A DNA stretch of 64,000 bases from Azolla caroliniana (taxonomy: Eukaryota; Plantae; Polypodiophyta). The notes under the pieces are model-generated. The model saw only the letters and a list, made by a program, of their open reading frames with translations, ran no database searches and was not told the origin of the DNA. The stretch's first letter is position 1. Each line of letters starts with the position of its first letter. Position numbers and translations under genes: made by a program. This document shows, piece after piece, positions 11,653 through 23,988 of this stretch. The DNA lies in NCBI GenBank assembly GCA_043228905.1, contig JBHGNT010000002.1:25296001-25360000 (forward strand), read 5' to 3'.

Positions 11653-13001
11653 GCGCACAAGTGGAAGGATAAGGAATATTCCGTTTGATTTTGGGGTTTT
11701 TTTTGCCATTTCACAAAACATCTTGATACTAGTATCACATGTTCTCTAAAACTTGATGAAAAAGTTGAAAATTTCACCATTTGGTAAAATTGAAAAATGC
11801 CAAATTTGGGTAAAATATGAAAAGTAACTTTGTGGATTTTTAAAGAAAAATGACAACTAATAAGTTTTTAGATCTTAAAGAAATCAAAGTAGAATATTTC
11901 AAAACAATGAATGTTTTTATTCCATTCGATAAAATGTTGTCTAAATTTGTTACATATAGTTGCACAACAAATACATTTGGGAGTTATTTGCATGACTATC
12001 ATCATTCTTTTCATGAGAATCACTACTATAGATAATATACAATTGTGACTCTTCCTCCTCATCTTCCAATGTACCAATCAAATCATTGTCTTCACCAAAT
12101 GGTATCTCCAAATTTTGTGCAATAAATCTTTTTCGCCTTCAATCTGAGATATCTTCTAGACTTGCTAATATCTCTTTTATTATGCATATCGTTGTTGTCC
12201 TTATACATCCAACTTTTGTTTGTGTAAAGTCATACATAATGATATCCACCTCATTAATGTCAATGATAGATGTATTACAAGCGTTTAATACATCATCACG
12301 TCCAAAACTTTACCAATGCAGAATTGGTACCCTAGGTCATGGCCATCTACATGTGTAGCTATTAATATCCCCATCTTGAGTTCTTGCAAGTTTCCTTGTC
12401 ATTTGAGTTATACTTGTGTTGTCATCCTTCGTTCCAACTATAAAGATTAACATTAAGTAGTGATTAAGAACCACGCGAACACTTTATGGACCATGTAAAT
12501 GGCATTTGCAAGGTTCAATTACCATCAACACAATTATTAATAGTTTTTTGTTAATCAATGATGCACATGTTCACCATAAAGTATCTTGTTGTACAACATA
12601 CTTGTTTGCACTATCGATATGCATCTTTTTCTCTTGTTAAAACAAACATTTTAGTACGATTCAAGTTCATGTTTAAAAAACCTCTTTTATTTGAGAAACA
12701 ACAAGATTTTAAACATTAAGTCGATATGTTATATCGAGTTGATGTAAAAAATAGAGTTTTCATCATAATTCCATACAATGTATTGAATTCTTGCTCAAAG
12801 TTTTTTTTACTGGATTTAAAAAATAATAATAATAATAAATTGTGCTTGAGTTCATCTAGAAAACCATAATTTTCATCACAATTCGATATAATGTATTGAG
12901 TTCATGCTTAAAGTAATTTTTTCTAATTGTTTTCAATTTTGTTTCAATTTTTTTCAATTTTTTATAATTTTTTAGGGCCGGTTTACACACGTTATACCTA
13001 G

Positions 13002-14480
13002 TTTCCGCCTAGGGATGGTTTTCTCCACGACATCCGCCCCCACCTAACCGCGCATCCACCGGTATGCGCGAAAATTAGACTCTTGTCGGAGAAGACCGGC
13101 CCTAGCTTATCCTCCGTCTTCCGGATCGGCATCTGTTCCGAGCCGGTTGTTGTTGCTATCTAGGTTGTCCGGGTCCAGTTCAGCCTCGTGCCACTTTTTG
13201 AATGCTTTGATCCTTTTCCCCGCCACTAGTACCGCCATCCTTGTCCCGTCGAGCTCCGCGAGATGGTAGGTCCCATTGTCGTTGGCGCTTGTCACCACAT
13301 AAGGCCCGAACCATCTCCTTGCAAACTTCCGCATTGCCCGATGCTGGTTGTCGAGACTACTGTCATACGCTAGAACCCAATCGCCTTCCTCGACCTTCCT
13401 TGGTCTCAGTCGGTGAGTCCGGTCGAACCGTCCTTTGTTCTTTACCCTTGCCACTCGTAGCTTCTCTGCGGCTCGGTCTACGCCCTCCGGTCTTCGCTCC
13501 ATCTGCCGAATCCGTGTCGCCAACAGCTCCTCCCGGCTCATCTCATCTTTCCAATCCACCGTGGCCCATGAGGAGATTGTCTGCTCCGTTGGCATGATCG
13601 GGTTCTGCCCATACATTAGCTCTGTCGGCATAAACCCGGTTACTGAACTGTCCGTAGTTCGGTCCGCCCACAACGCATAGGGTAAATGTCGCGACCAGTT
13701 CCTGACTTGGCCTCCACACACCCGTACTAACGCTTTGACGATTGGCCCGTGTCCGCATTCCACCTTCCCGTTAGCCTCCGGATTGTACGCTGTGGTGAGC
13801 GAGAGTTTAATCCCTAGCCAGTCAAACAGCTCTTCCGCCTCTCGCGCACCCAACTCTCCGCGGTCGGCCACGATCTTTCCTACACACCCGTATCGGCATA
13901 CCACTTCTTCGATCAGAAATCGGCACACGGCCACAGTCGTTTTGTTCTACAACGCTCGGCCTTCCACCTGGTTCGTCAGGTCCTCCCGAGCCAACACCAG
14001 GTACCGCATCTGCCCTACCCCCATCGACATCGTCACCAGATCCACCATCCACTTAAAGTGGACGGTCGGAGGGTAGGTCGGGTGAAGCTCATCCCGATGT
14101 CGAACTATGGAGTGCACCTGACAGCTTTCGCAAGTCGTCATGAACCGATGCACGTCCCGATATAGTCCCGACCACCAGTACTTCCCCTTTAGCTTCTCAA
14201 ATGTGGCCCACGTCCCCTGGTGTCCGGCCCAGGGATTCTCGTGGTATGCCGTCAGCAATTCTTCTCGCTCTTCTTTCCTCACCACCACTCGGAGCGGGAT
14301 GCCGTTTCTCTTCTTCGGGTGCTTCCATATGCTCCTGTCCCGTAGGAAGAATTGGTACGCTTTCTTCTGAATCCGGTTGGTCTCTTCCTTTGTCCACGCC
14401 GCGTCCGATGTCATTGTCTTCAGGAAGCCGCCGATCTGGAGCCACTCCCCGTCATACTTGCTCTCGTCGAATTCATTAAG
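13002..14480 (-). mobile_element. Gypsy copy 3 (diverged relative): integrase, PPT and first ~30 bp of the 3' LTR
   Basis: ORFs 13947-14510 and 13107-13934 encode integrase highly similar to copy 2 (HENPWAGH, CESC, WMVD, VADRG, WFGPY). PPT then TGTCGTGGAGAAAACC at 13032. Confidence 0.9.
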
Positions 14481-14481
14481 A

Positions 14482-14776
14482 CGCCCGAGTGCTACCGGCA
14501 GAATCTCCATCTCGCGTTGTGTGTGTGTGTGTGCAGGCGTCGGAGTCTATCACTCGTCGGCTTGCCGGTTGTAACACTTGATTTATATATACATAAGCAT
14601 TCGTTCTGTCTCCATCTCGCATTCTGTAGTTAGTTGCAATTCCTGTGATTCTGTGGGTCTGAGCGCGTGAGAATTGCATCGTTAATTTCCTTCCCCTCCC
14701 CTCATTCGGCCATTCCTCGGTCCGAGGCCCCCGTGGTCCCGCCTCGTTCTCCACGCACGCGCGTATCAACGCGACA
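14482..14776 (+). repeat. 3' half of a related gypsy LTR, opposite in orientation to the adjacent integrase
   Basis: Shares GCCCGAGTGCT.CCGGCAG, GGTTGTAAC and GTCCCGCCTCGTTC with the copy-2 LTR; ends ...CGACA. Confidence 0.7.
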
Positions 14777-17025
14777 ACGGTGTACTCGAGTTAGATTCCC
14801 TTTGCTCGACAACATTGTTTGAACTATCCTCGGTTCTCCACCGACGACCGTTGTTGGCTCTAACTGCTTTCAATCATCGACTAGTTTCTCGTTCAACTCT
14901 CGCTTGGAACTCTCTAAAGACCAACAATACCTAGTCCTTGGTTTTGAGGGCAGAAGCCCACAACTTCCGACTGCAGTCATCAATGAAGGTCACAAAATAT
15001 TGTGAGCCAACATGACACTTGGTGTCGACATAACACACGTCAGTGTGCACGAGTTCCAACGACATTTTCTTCCTAGTGGGGGGCCTAGTTCGGAAGGAGG
15101 TTTTGTTATGTTTGCCTGCCAAGCAATCAATGCACTTCTTGAGTTGCACGTTCTTGAGTTGTCATCGGCAAGTCTTTGCATCCCATTCTCACTCATGTGA
15201 CACAACCTCTCGTGCCACAGCTCGTCGACACTGTCGGAGTCGACTGCCACATTAGCTTCCAATCGACATATCCGAGCGTGCATTAAGCAGTGTGTTCGTC
15301 TTCCGTGCTCGGGCCACTATAGGCTCCCTTTGTAGCCTTTGTCATCCAGCCGTTCAGTTATATCAAGTTCAATCAAACCTTCGGAATGTGTTGGACATCT
15401 TTCAGTACCAGTCGACACCTAGTCAACGTTATCAGGCACACATCTCTAATGCCAACAATTCGACATGCACCTTCATTTCCAATCCTTACAAGGCCGTGGT
15501 CTCCCGCCTTGTAGGATGAGAAGCACTTTCTGTCAGGGGTTAGGTGAAATGACGCACCTGAATCGACTACCCATGTTGATTCATCGTTGACAAGGTTCAG
15601 TTCGTTCTACTCACTTATGAGCAGCCTTCGTCATCCAGCCGTTCAGTTATATCAAGTTCAATCAAACCTTCGGAATGTGTTGGACATCTTTCAGTACCAG
15701 TCGACACTTAGTCAACGTTATCTGGCACACATCTCTGATGCCAACAATTTGACATGCACCTTCATTTCCAATCCTTACAAGGCCATGGTCTCCCGCCTTG
15801 TAGGATGAGAAGCACTTTCTGTCAAGGGTTACGTGAAACGACGCACCTAAATCGACTACCCATGTTGATTCATCATTGACAAGGTTCAGTTCGTTCTACT
15901 CACTTATGAGCAGTAGTTCCTCCTCACTTGTCGCGATTGTAGACGTTCCTTTTCAATCGAACTCTTCTTCGAGTTAGCATTTTCGGTTCCCCTTTTCTCC
16001 TTTCGGAAGTGTCGACAATTCTTCTGGAAGTGCATCGACTTTCCATAGTAAAAACACGTTTGCCTTCCCCTTGACTTCAACCGCATCCCCAACTTCTCTC
16101 GGTTATAGGGACTTTGATTGCGGCCTCTCCCTCTATGTGTATCACTTTCCATGACTAGGGCCTTCAGTTCGGAAATTGCCTTCTTGTCCTTCCGACGAGC
16201 TTCCTCATTCAGCAAGCTCGACTTCACCTTCTCTAGAGTTAGATGCTTCCCTTCTTGTCCGAGAAGTCCGAGTGTGACAACAAGTGTCTCCCAACTGTCC
16301 AAAAGGGATCCCAACAATAAAAGTGTTAATACCTCGTCGGCTAAAGGTACTTCTAGAGAGGTGGTTTGGTTGATGAGTCCTTGGAAGACATTCAGGTGCT
16401 CCACTAGGCTGGAGCCATCCTGATACCGGAGTCTCACGATCTTTCTGAAGACATTTTTGTTTTCAAACATTATGCCGATCTTCTTCCATAGGACAATTGG
16501 CTTGTTCTCATAATCGAAGTTGTATGTCTATAAAACACTTGATGTATGCAACAACCTTTAGATGCAACACTTCCCAAGTCGATGCATCAATCTTGTTTGG
16601 CCTTCTACTTCCGAACTGTACTGGCAACCACAGATCTTTGCATACAAGCATATCTCTCATCTTCGACTTCCACACTAAGTAGTTGGAGCCGATTAGCTTG
16701 AACATACCCCTAAATGAATCTTCCATTTTTCCGAACTTTGCTCTAACACTAGTTTGATACAAAAAAGGGATCTCGGTCACAACCGAGTTCAATGCGAAAT
16801 AGGGAAACAAGCAAATACAGTGAGAAAACCAAAATAAATGTGCACAAGATATTAACTTGGACAATCCCAAATCGGATAAAAACCACGGGTGCCATAGATA
16901 GCAAACAAAGCAATATGAGAGAAATATACAACGAACTAACTCACATGCACCGATCTGAGCTCGTACATTTCGCCGACATGCGGTTATAATAAAGAAGCTC
17001 TCGCTACCCCTTTTCTCTTTCTCTC

Positions 17026-17060
<35 letters not shown>

Positions 17061-17325
17061 GACTATGGTTGCTTTGCTGCAGAGGCAACAACCTCACACG
17101 CGATGTACACAGTTACATAGACAATTTATCTTGCTAGACAATGAACAAGACGACTCACTACACTCACAGTGAACACAAACATAAGGTTTGCCCTAGTTAT
17201 CTTTATACTTAGATAACTTTCGGGCTATTTACATAACTGGCCTAAGTAGGCTCGACCAAAAAAAACTATTTACATTTTCCATTGTCTTGAATTCAACCCA
17301 TCTGAAAGGGACCTAATTCTCAACA
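14777..17325 (-). mobile_element. Truncated Ty1/copia element (Tork/Tnt1-like): 5' LTR, PBS, gag, PR and start of INT
   Basis: LTR ~16755-17325 (TGTTGAG...TATCA); degenerate tRNA-Met PBS ~16740-16751; gag MEDSFRGMFKLIGSNYLVWKSKM; PR WVVDSGASFH; INT LWHERLCH, CIDC, LVHTDVC, FVTFIDD. Confidence 0.9.
15334..15913. repeat. Tandem duplication (2 x ~289 bp) in the copia protease region
   Basis: AGCCTT.GTCATCCAGCC...CACTTATGAGCAG at 15334 and 15623; ORFs at 15292 and 15587 share most of their sequence. Confidence 0.9.
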
Positions 17326-19009
17326 TGTTCTAGGTGTGGGTCATGCGATGTTGATAGACACTAGAGAGCCTCTTCTTGCCATAGAGAGATGATGAAGGTT
17401 GAAGACATAGTGAAATGGAGCCTTTGCAATGAAAAGTGGGATTGAGCTTATTTGAAAGAATCAACACTACTTGAAGACAAGCATATATGTCTTTGTTAAT
17501 GGATTTACAGATGGTAAGTGTCCATACCAACAATCCCTTTCATTTACTTTGAATCTTTGTACAAAATATAGACATGTATTTCGTAATTGTGATAAAGCTT
17601 TCTATATACTCAATTATTTAATTTACCATGCTTGTACGTTTCAATTTTTGCTTGTAATTCAATGCTCACATTTGCCATTATTGAACTTCTCGTATAATTA
17701 TGGAAAGTTTTCATGTGTTATGCTTCAAAAAGACATTTTAAAATCTTCCATTATCCACTTTCAAAGGCAATGTGGAAGCATTGCAACAAAAAAAGAAAAT
17801 TTATTCTAAGAAGAAGAAGAAGAAGAAGACAAATAGGGAATTTAACCATGCTTGTACTGCTAATCCTTCAATTCAAGAAAAGCCGGAAAGACAACATGTG
17901 TTTGAATATAGAGGTTACGATTTTAAGCACAATCATGTACAATAGTAAAGCACATTGTTGTGTGGGTATAAGTCTACCCAAAGGAATGTGCATAACATTG
18001 ATTCACAGCAAGGAAGGTTGGGATAAGTTGCTTGCAAACATTTTTAAATCCCCATATTTTTTCCCAACTACTTCTGTCATTAAAAGACTTACGATATTTA
18101 GTTGACATTACCCAACTATTAGGGAAATAGAAATGAATAGGATGGATTTGCTACTAGGTAGCAAGTATACAAATCACATATGCATGGTAGAAAGTTGAAA
18201 CATCATATTTTGAAAAGACTGTGTGCATTTAATAGATTTGTCATAATTAAACATTAGGTTCCGCTTGCAAACGAACATATTCACAAGATGATGGCATGGA
18301 AATTTCTAGTAGGCCATTGCTTCGCATTGTTTGAATCCGACTAAATTTTAGTAGGCCATTGCTTCACATTGTTTGAATCCCACACATATATATTTTAAAG
18401 ACAAGTTCACTTCTTCCTCCAATCTTACATGGACAAGATAGTTGAATGAGAGGAAAAGTGTTCAAGTGGTACTAAAGTGAATATGGGTCCAGAGTGTACC
18501 TTTGGCACTTAGAGCTTTTCATTGTCTTCTTATGCATCCCATCAATAACCGCTATCTCATTATCATACAACTAGGGCCTACCTTGGGTCGTTCTTTTACC
18601 CAAAATACTAGAGCTTCTAAATAGTAAACACCCAATTTGCATTGGTCAAACACCTCTCTATCCTAGATAATGAGAGTCTATTGCAATAGGAAAACTACCA
18701 CAACTCATGAGCCATGACCCATATAGAGAGAGCACCCAAACCGACCAACTGGGCGACATTGATAAACACAACATTCGAACTTTTTCTCTCGTGTTTTTCA
18801 ATTGCCCCGGTGGTCTAGTGAAGACGAGATGATGCGATGCAATACACTGAGCCAACATTGCATCGTGATAGGTTCATGTGAGTGGCTTGGCCGACGAGCA
18901 CAACAGGCGATACAAGCGGATGGGTGGTACGATGCCGACACGAGAGTGTACAGGGTGGGGGGACGGGGGAGACATTGAAATAAGTTTCTTGTGGTGGGTG
19001 CGGACATTC

Positions 19010-19260
19010 GTAGGAGTTCATCCGATGCCGATACACACGCTACTGTTAAGATGGGCGGACATCCCAACCCAAATACATAAGGACATTTGGAGGAGTTATC
19101 CGATCCCGAGGCACACGCTACTGCTAAGGTGGGCAGACAGACATCCCAACCCCATCCCCAAATACGACATACATTTTGGAGGAGTTATCCGATCATGCCG
19201 ATACACATGATACGGGCGAAGGTGGGTGGACATCCCAACCCACCCCCAAAATACATAAGG
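19010..19260. repeat. Degenerate ~80-90 bp tandem repeat, 3 copies
   Basis: GGAGTT(C)ATCCGAT...ACAC...GGTGGG..GACATCCCAACCC recurs at ~19012, ~19092 and ~19182. Confidence 0.65.
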
Positions 19261-19559
19261 AAACAAATACACACACACATTGTGTGTGTGTGTGTGTGTA
19301 TTATGTGTCTTATTCTATACATATATGATATGGTACATACTACATAGAGCAAATTGAAGGAAATTGCCCAACAAAAGAAAGCAAGAAGAAGTAAAACAAG
19401 AAAAAAAAGCTGCAATCTCTCAGTCTGCAGAGGAAAAAAAAGAAACAGGGCTTTCTCTTCTCTGCCTGTCTGCACTGCACAACCCCATTTTCTCTTCCCA
19501 GAAGACACAGTTTGACTCCTACTACAAAGGAATCCTCCCCACTTCTGCTCTGTCTTTCT

Positions 19560-20470
19560 CAAGCTTTCTTCTTCTTCTTCTTCTTCTTCTTCTTCTTCTT
19601 CTTCTTCTTTGTTGTCAGTCCATTTTTCTCCCTCTCCCTGTGTGTCTCCCTCAAAGGAGGTTTTAGGGTTGAGGAAGCCATTGCTTGTTCATCGCCATCA
19701 TCAGCCATCCAGAGAAGAGGAAGGAATGAACGCAGGAAAGAGGAAGGAAGAAGAAACAGGGGGAGCCTGGTAAACGAGGAAACAGAAGAAGCAGAAGAAG
19801 AAGAAGAAGAAGAAGAAGGAGGAGGTGGAGGAGGAGGAGATGGCGATGGAGGTAATGGTGATGATGAAGGAAAAGAAAGATTGAAATTAGAATGAAGAAA
19901 GAAGCCCTCGCGAGGAACACAGAGAGACAGAGACAGAGAGGCGGTTTTCACGATCGGTTTCCCAGGCGGTTTTCTACCTCACAAGTGAGTGAAGCGGTTT
20001 TTAGTTCTCTCTCTAGACTCTGTGTGTGTCTCTCTCTCTAGACTCTGTGTGTGTGTCTCTCTAGACTCTCTCTCTCTCTCTCTCTCTGTGTCAAAACCGC
20101 CGTCGTCTCTTTCGAGGTGGGTCACTCTCTCTCTCTCTCTGAAAAAGAGAAAGGCTTTGAAAATCTCAAAATGCTCAGAATGTGTCTCTGTTCTGAGGGT
20201 TTTCTTCTTCTTCTTCTTCTTCTTCTTCTTCTTCGTCTTCCTGTTAGCAGAGGAAGGGGGGGGCTATTAGGGTTTGGGTCCTGAGCCTGTGTCCATGTAC
20301 ATATCGTTTTCTTCACCTCCCCCCCCCCCCCCCCCCCCCCCCCTTCTGCTCAGGTAATTTGCAGATTATCATCAGTGTTTTCCATCTCTGTCTGCCCTCT
20401 TTATACCTCCTCTGTTTCTTGTCTGTTATCTCCCTTTCTCTCCCTCCCTCTCTCTCTCTCTCTCTCGCTG
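19560..20470. repeat. Microsatellite-rich tract ((CTT)n, (GAA)n, (CT)n, poly-C), probably the 5' leader or promoter of the Tubby-like gene
   Basis: Direct reading; donor-like CAG|GTAATT at 20354. Confidence 0.6.
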
Positions 20471-21402
20471 TGTGTTTTGTAACAGAGCTTTTAACCTAAG
20501 AAACACAGAGTCTCTGCGAGTTTCTGTCTTTCTTATAACCTCTCTCTCACTCCCTGTGCTTTGGAACAGAGCTTTTAACCTAACCCCGATGCAGTCATTT
20601 TGAGTTTTTTCTTCTTCTTTCTTTCGTATAATCTGTCTCTCTTATGTGGTCTTCTGATTACTTATCATGCAGTTACCAACAGGGAAGCATCAGTAGACTT
20701 CAAGATACCTCCCTTCTTTTGAGCAGAGAAAACAGGAATGTCTCCATGGAAAGCTTCATATGTTCTTATTTGAGCGGACAAAGGATTTTCTCTTTTTCCA
20801 GAGCAAAGATTTAAGATACTCCCTGTGTGAGCTTTATCTCGACAAGAACTTTAAGATACTTTGCGTGAACATTCCTTTCAGATAAAAAGGTTGAAGATAC
20901 TGCCAGTTAGCATTTTTCACAGAAGGAGAGAGCTATAACACTTCCGTGGAGCAGGAGATGGTCTTCCCAGATCTTTCTATGTGAACAGAGATATCAATGC
21001 TGAACTAGAAAACCCGGGAGTTGAGAAGAAAGAGAACTTTCTTGTTCTTCCTTTTCTTCTCAAGAAAATAATGGAATCAAAGAATCCCTGTGTTTAACGC
21101 ATCAGGTTGGGATATTTCCTCTTGGGACTTTGGACTGTATCCCCATGGAAAGCTTAGCTTCCAAAGGTTCCCTTCTTTAAGCTGCTGGAGAAGTACACCC
21201 ATCTTTCAAAGACTTTGGGAAAGACACTCAGTAAACAAAGTATCCACAAAAGATATCATCATACTCCATTTTCCCTCTTGAGTAACTGATTAAAGCAAGG
21301 CATTAGGTAAAAAGACAAAAAGAAAATTCCAAGTCGCTCTTTTTTGCTGGAGAAACCAAGGCTCAAATTTTGCCATATATATAATATTCTGCTTTCTTGA
21401 GG

Positions 21403-23988
21403 ATGACTTTTAAAAACCTTGTTCGGGATCTGACCGATAACATTGGGAGCATATCTCGCCGAACATTTGATCGCAAATTTACCTCAGGAAGCAGGAGGGT
21501 GCGATCTCAAAGCCTTGTGTTGGACCCAACCCCGTCCTCATCCCTGTCGAGACGCTGCTGTGGGGACATGGACATGGTCGTGGATGTTGGCAGCGATGTT
21601 GTTATGGAAGAAGGATGGTGGTTAGATTTGCCACCTGAGCTGCTTCGTGATGTTCTTCAACGGGTTGAATCAGCTGAAGGCTCGTGGCCTGCACGGAAAA
21701 ATGTGGTTGCATGCTCTGCTGTTTGTAAGACATGGAGGGAAATAACAAAAGAGCTTGTTAAGACCCCTGAGGAATGTGGTCAGCTCACGTTCCCCATCTC
21801 TCTCAAGCAGGTCAGTTTAATTCCTTTTTCTAACTCCCGTTGATCTTAGGTCAGTTTGAGTGCACATTAGCACTTTAGATAATGCACATAAACCTTACAT
21901 AGGAGTTAATAGTAATAAACATTTATGTGCTTTCTCTTAAAGTGTTATGGATACAGAATCAACCCTTGATTAGGAGTAAAAAACAATAGGCTTATGTCTT
22001 TCTTTTTTTTGTTTGAAGCGCTCTGTGCATATATAACATAACAAGAGCCAGGAGTTAACTAGAAGTTTAGGGCGAAGTGTTATGTGCACACAGATAATCT
22101 TAATTAGGGTTCAAGCATGAAGTTATGTAATTGAACTATCAATTCATAACTGGTCTACAACAAGCAACCGGGGAAACAAACATTGGTTGTGCATGTGGCA
22201 TTGAATTCAGATATTATATTTATGAGATTAATAACCCATTCTGATGATATCATTATTTGTGTGATATAATCTCCTCCTCATTTGGGCTTATTTGTGGTGT
22301 ATTGGGTGCCAAATCTTTTGGTCAATCTGATGGAATTGTTGGCTCAATCTCTTAACAGCCCGGACCCAGAGATGCGCCAATGCAATGCTTCATCAAACGA
22401 GACAGAGCAAGCTCCATGTATTATCTATATCTCGGCCTTTCGACATGTAAGCCCTCATTTGCTGCTGCATTATGCTGATGCTATATAATTGCTCTGTTGT
22501 AAGTTTTGTGTTTGTGGTGGGGCAAGTAAATGCTTTCATTTGCCTCAGTATCCTTATGCTTGTAAGGATTCTCAAAACACATATTTATTGAAATAGAAAC
22601 TTGCTTTCAAATTTTCTTTGATTTTTTGAAGCGTTGCTCGTGGAGAATAGCAAGTTCCTCTTAGTGGCTCGCAAAGTCCGACGAGCAGCAAGCACAGACT
22701 ATATCATCTCCTTGAATGCAGAGGAAACCTCAAGAGGAAGCAATAACTACATTGGGAAGCTCAGGTTTGTTCCTCTCTTTTAATTAATATAACATATTTC
22801 GAGATGTTAAACATATAAATGACAATGTTTTTCTTGACTTCATGGGAACAGAGTTTTTTTTGAGACACCACTTATGAAATAGCTTGCTCAATGCTTATGA
22901 TTAAAACTTACTTTAAGATGAAGGCTTAAAGTATGACATGCTTGACGTCTGATGCACAGGAATAGGCAATTCAAATAATTTGAAATCATGTTAGTTGCTT
23001 GTTCTCTGTATGAGTACACAGCTAAATGTTTCCTTGCATAATAATACGACTGTTCCGGCATCCCAATGGCTCAGTAATGCTAGTTGTTTTTGTGTTTTCC
23101 TTAATGCTCTTATGTGTCAAGTATATTGTAACAATTGTGATGTATGCTTCAATCAGTCTGTACACCTTATTCCTAATAATGTCAAATTAATTTGCATGTC
23201 TCTATCTCCTCATGATGCCAACTATAACCATGTCTCTATCCCCTTAAAACATATTGTGCTTTTTCCTTTCTTTCACACCTTGCCCAAGAGAGTGGAAAAC
23301 AACTTTCATTTTGTTTTTTTAAATGATCAGGTCTAACTTTCTGGGCACAAAGTTTACTGTCTATGATAGCCAACCTCCTCACAATGGTGCAATTGTTTCG
23401 ACCAACCGAGCATGTAGACGTGTAGGCTCAAAACAAGTCTCTCCAAAAGTTCCTGCAGGAAGCTATAATGTTGCTCATGTTGCCTATGAACTAAATGTTC
23501 TCGGAACAAGGGGGCCACGTAGAATGCAATGCACTTTGCATTCAATCCCAGCCTCGTGCATAGAGGCAGGAGGCACAGCCCCAACACCTACCGAGTTTCC
23601 ACATCCTATTGATGACTCGCAACCTTCGGTACCATTTTCCAAACCACTATCAGGTATTATAAATGCTGACCTTGATGAAGCCAAGGTGGACAGCAAGATC
23701 TCTCCATTGATATTGAAGAATAAGGCTCCTCGGTGGCATGAGCAATTACAATGCTGGTGCTTGAATTTCCGTGGCCGAGTCACTGTAGCATCTGTGAAGA
23801 ATTTCCAGCTCGTTGCCGCCGTTGAGCCTAACCAAGCTGTACCGCAAAGTGAACAAGACAAAGTGTTGTTGCAGTTTGGCAAGATTAGTAAAGACATTTT
23901 CACTATGGATTATCGATACCCACTATCTGCATTCCAAGCTTTCACTATTTGTTTGAGTAGCTTTGATACGAAATTGGCTTGTGAATAG
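21403..23988 (+). CDS. TLP: Tubby-like F-box protein (TLP), 4 coding exons: 21403-21810, 22359-22446, 22632-22764, 23331-23988 (428 aa)
   Basis: F-box [17 protein letters not shown]; Tubby domain [71 protein letters not shown] introns with consistent phases; spliced length 1287 nt. Confidence 0.97.

Noticed and set aside
154-14633. Many long overlapping alternative-frame and antisense ORFs
   Set aside because: Shadows of GC-rich gypsy gag/pol and LTR sequence, with no independent domain motifs.
19185-20316. Poly-F/L/K/E/S ORFs
   Set aside because: Translations of (CTT)n, (GAA)n and (CT)n microsatellites.
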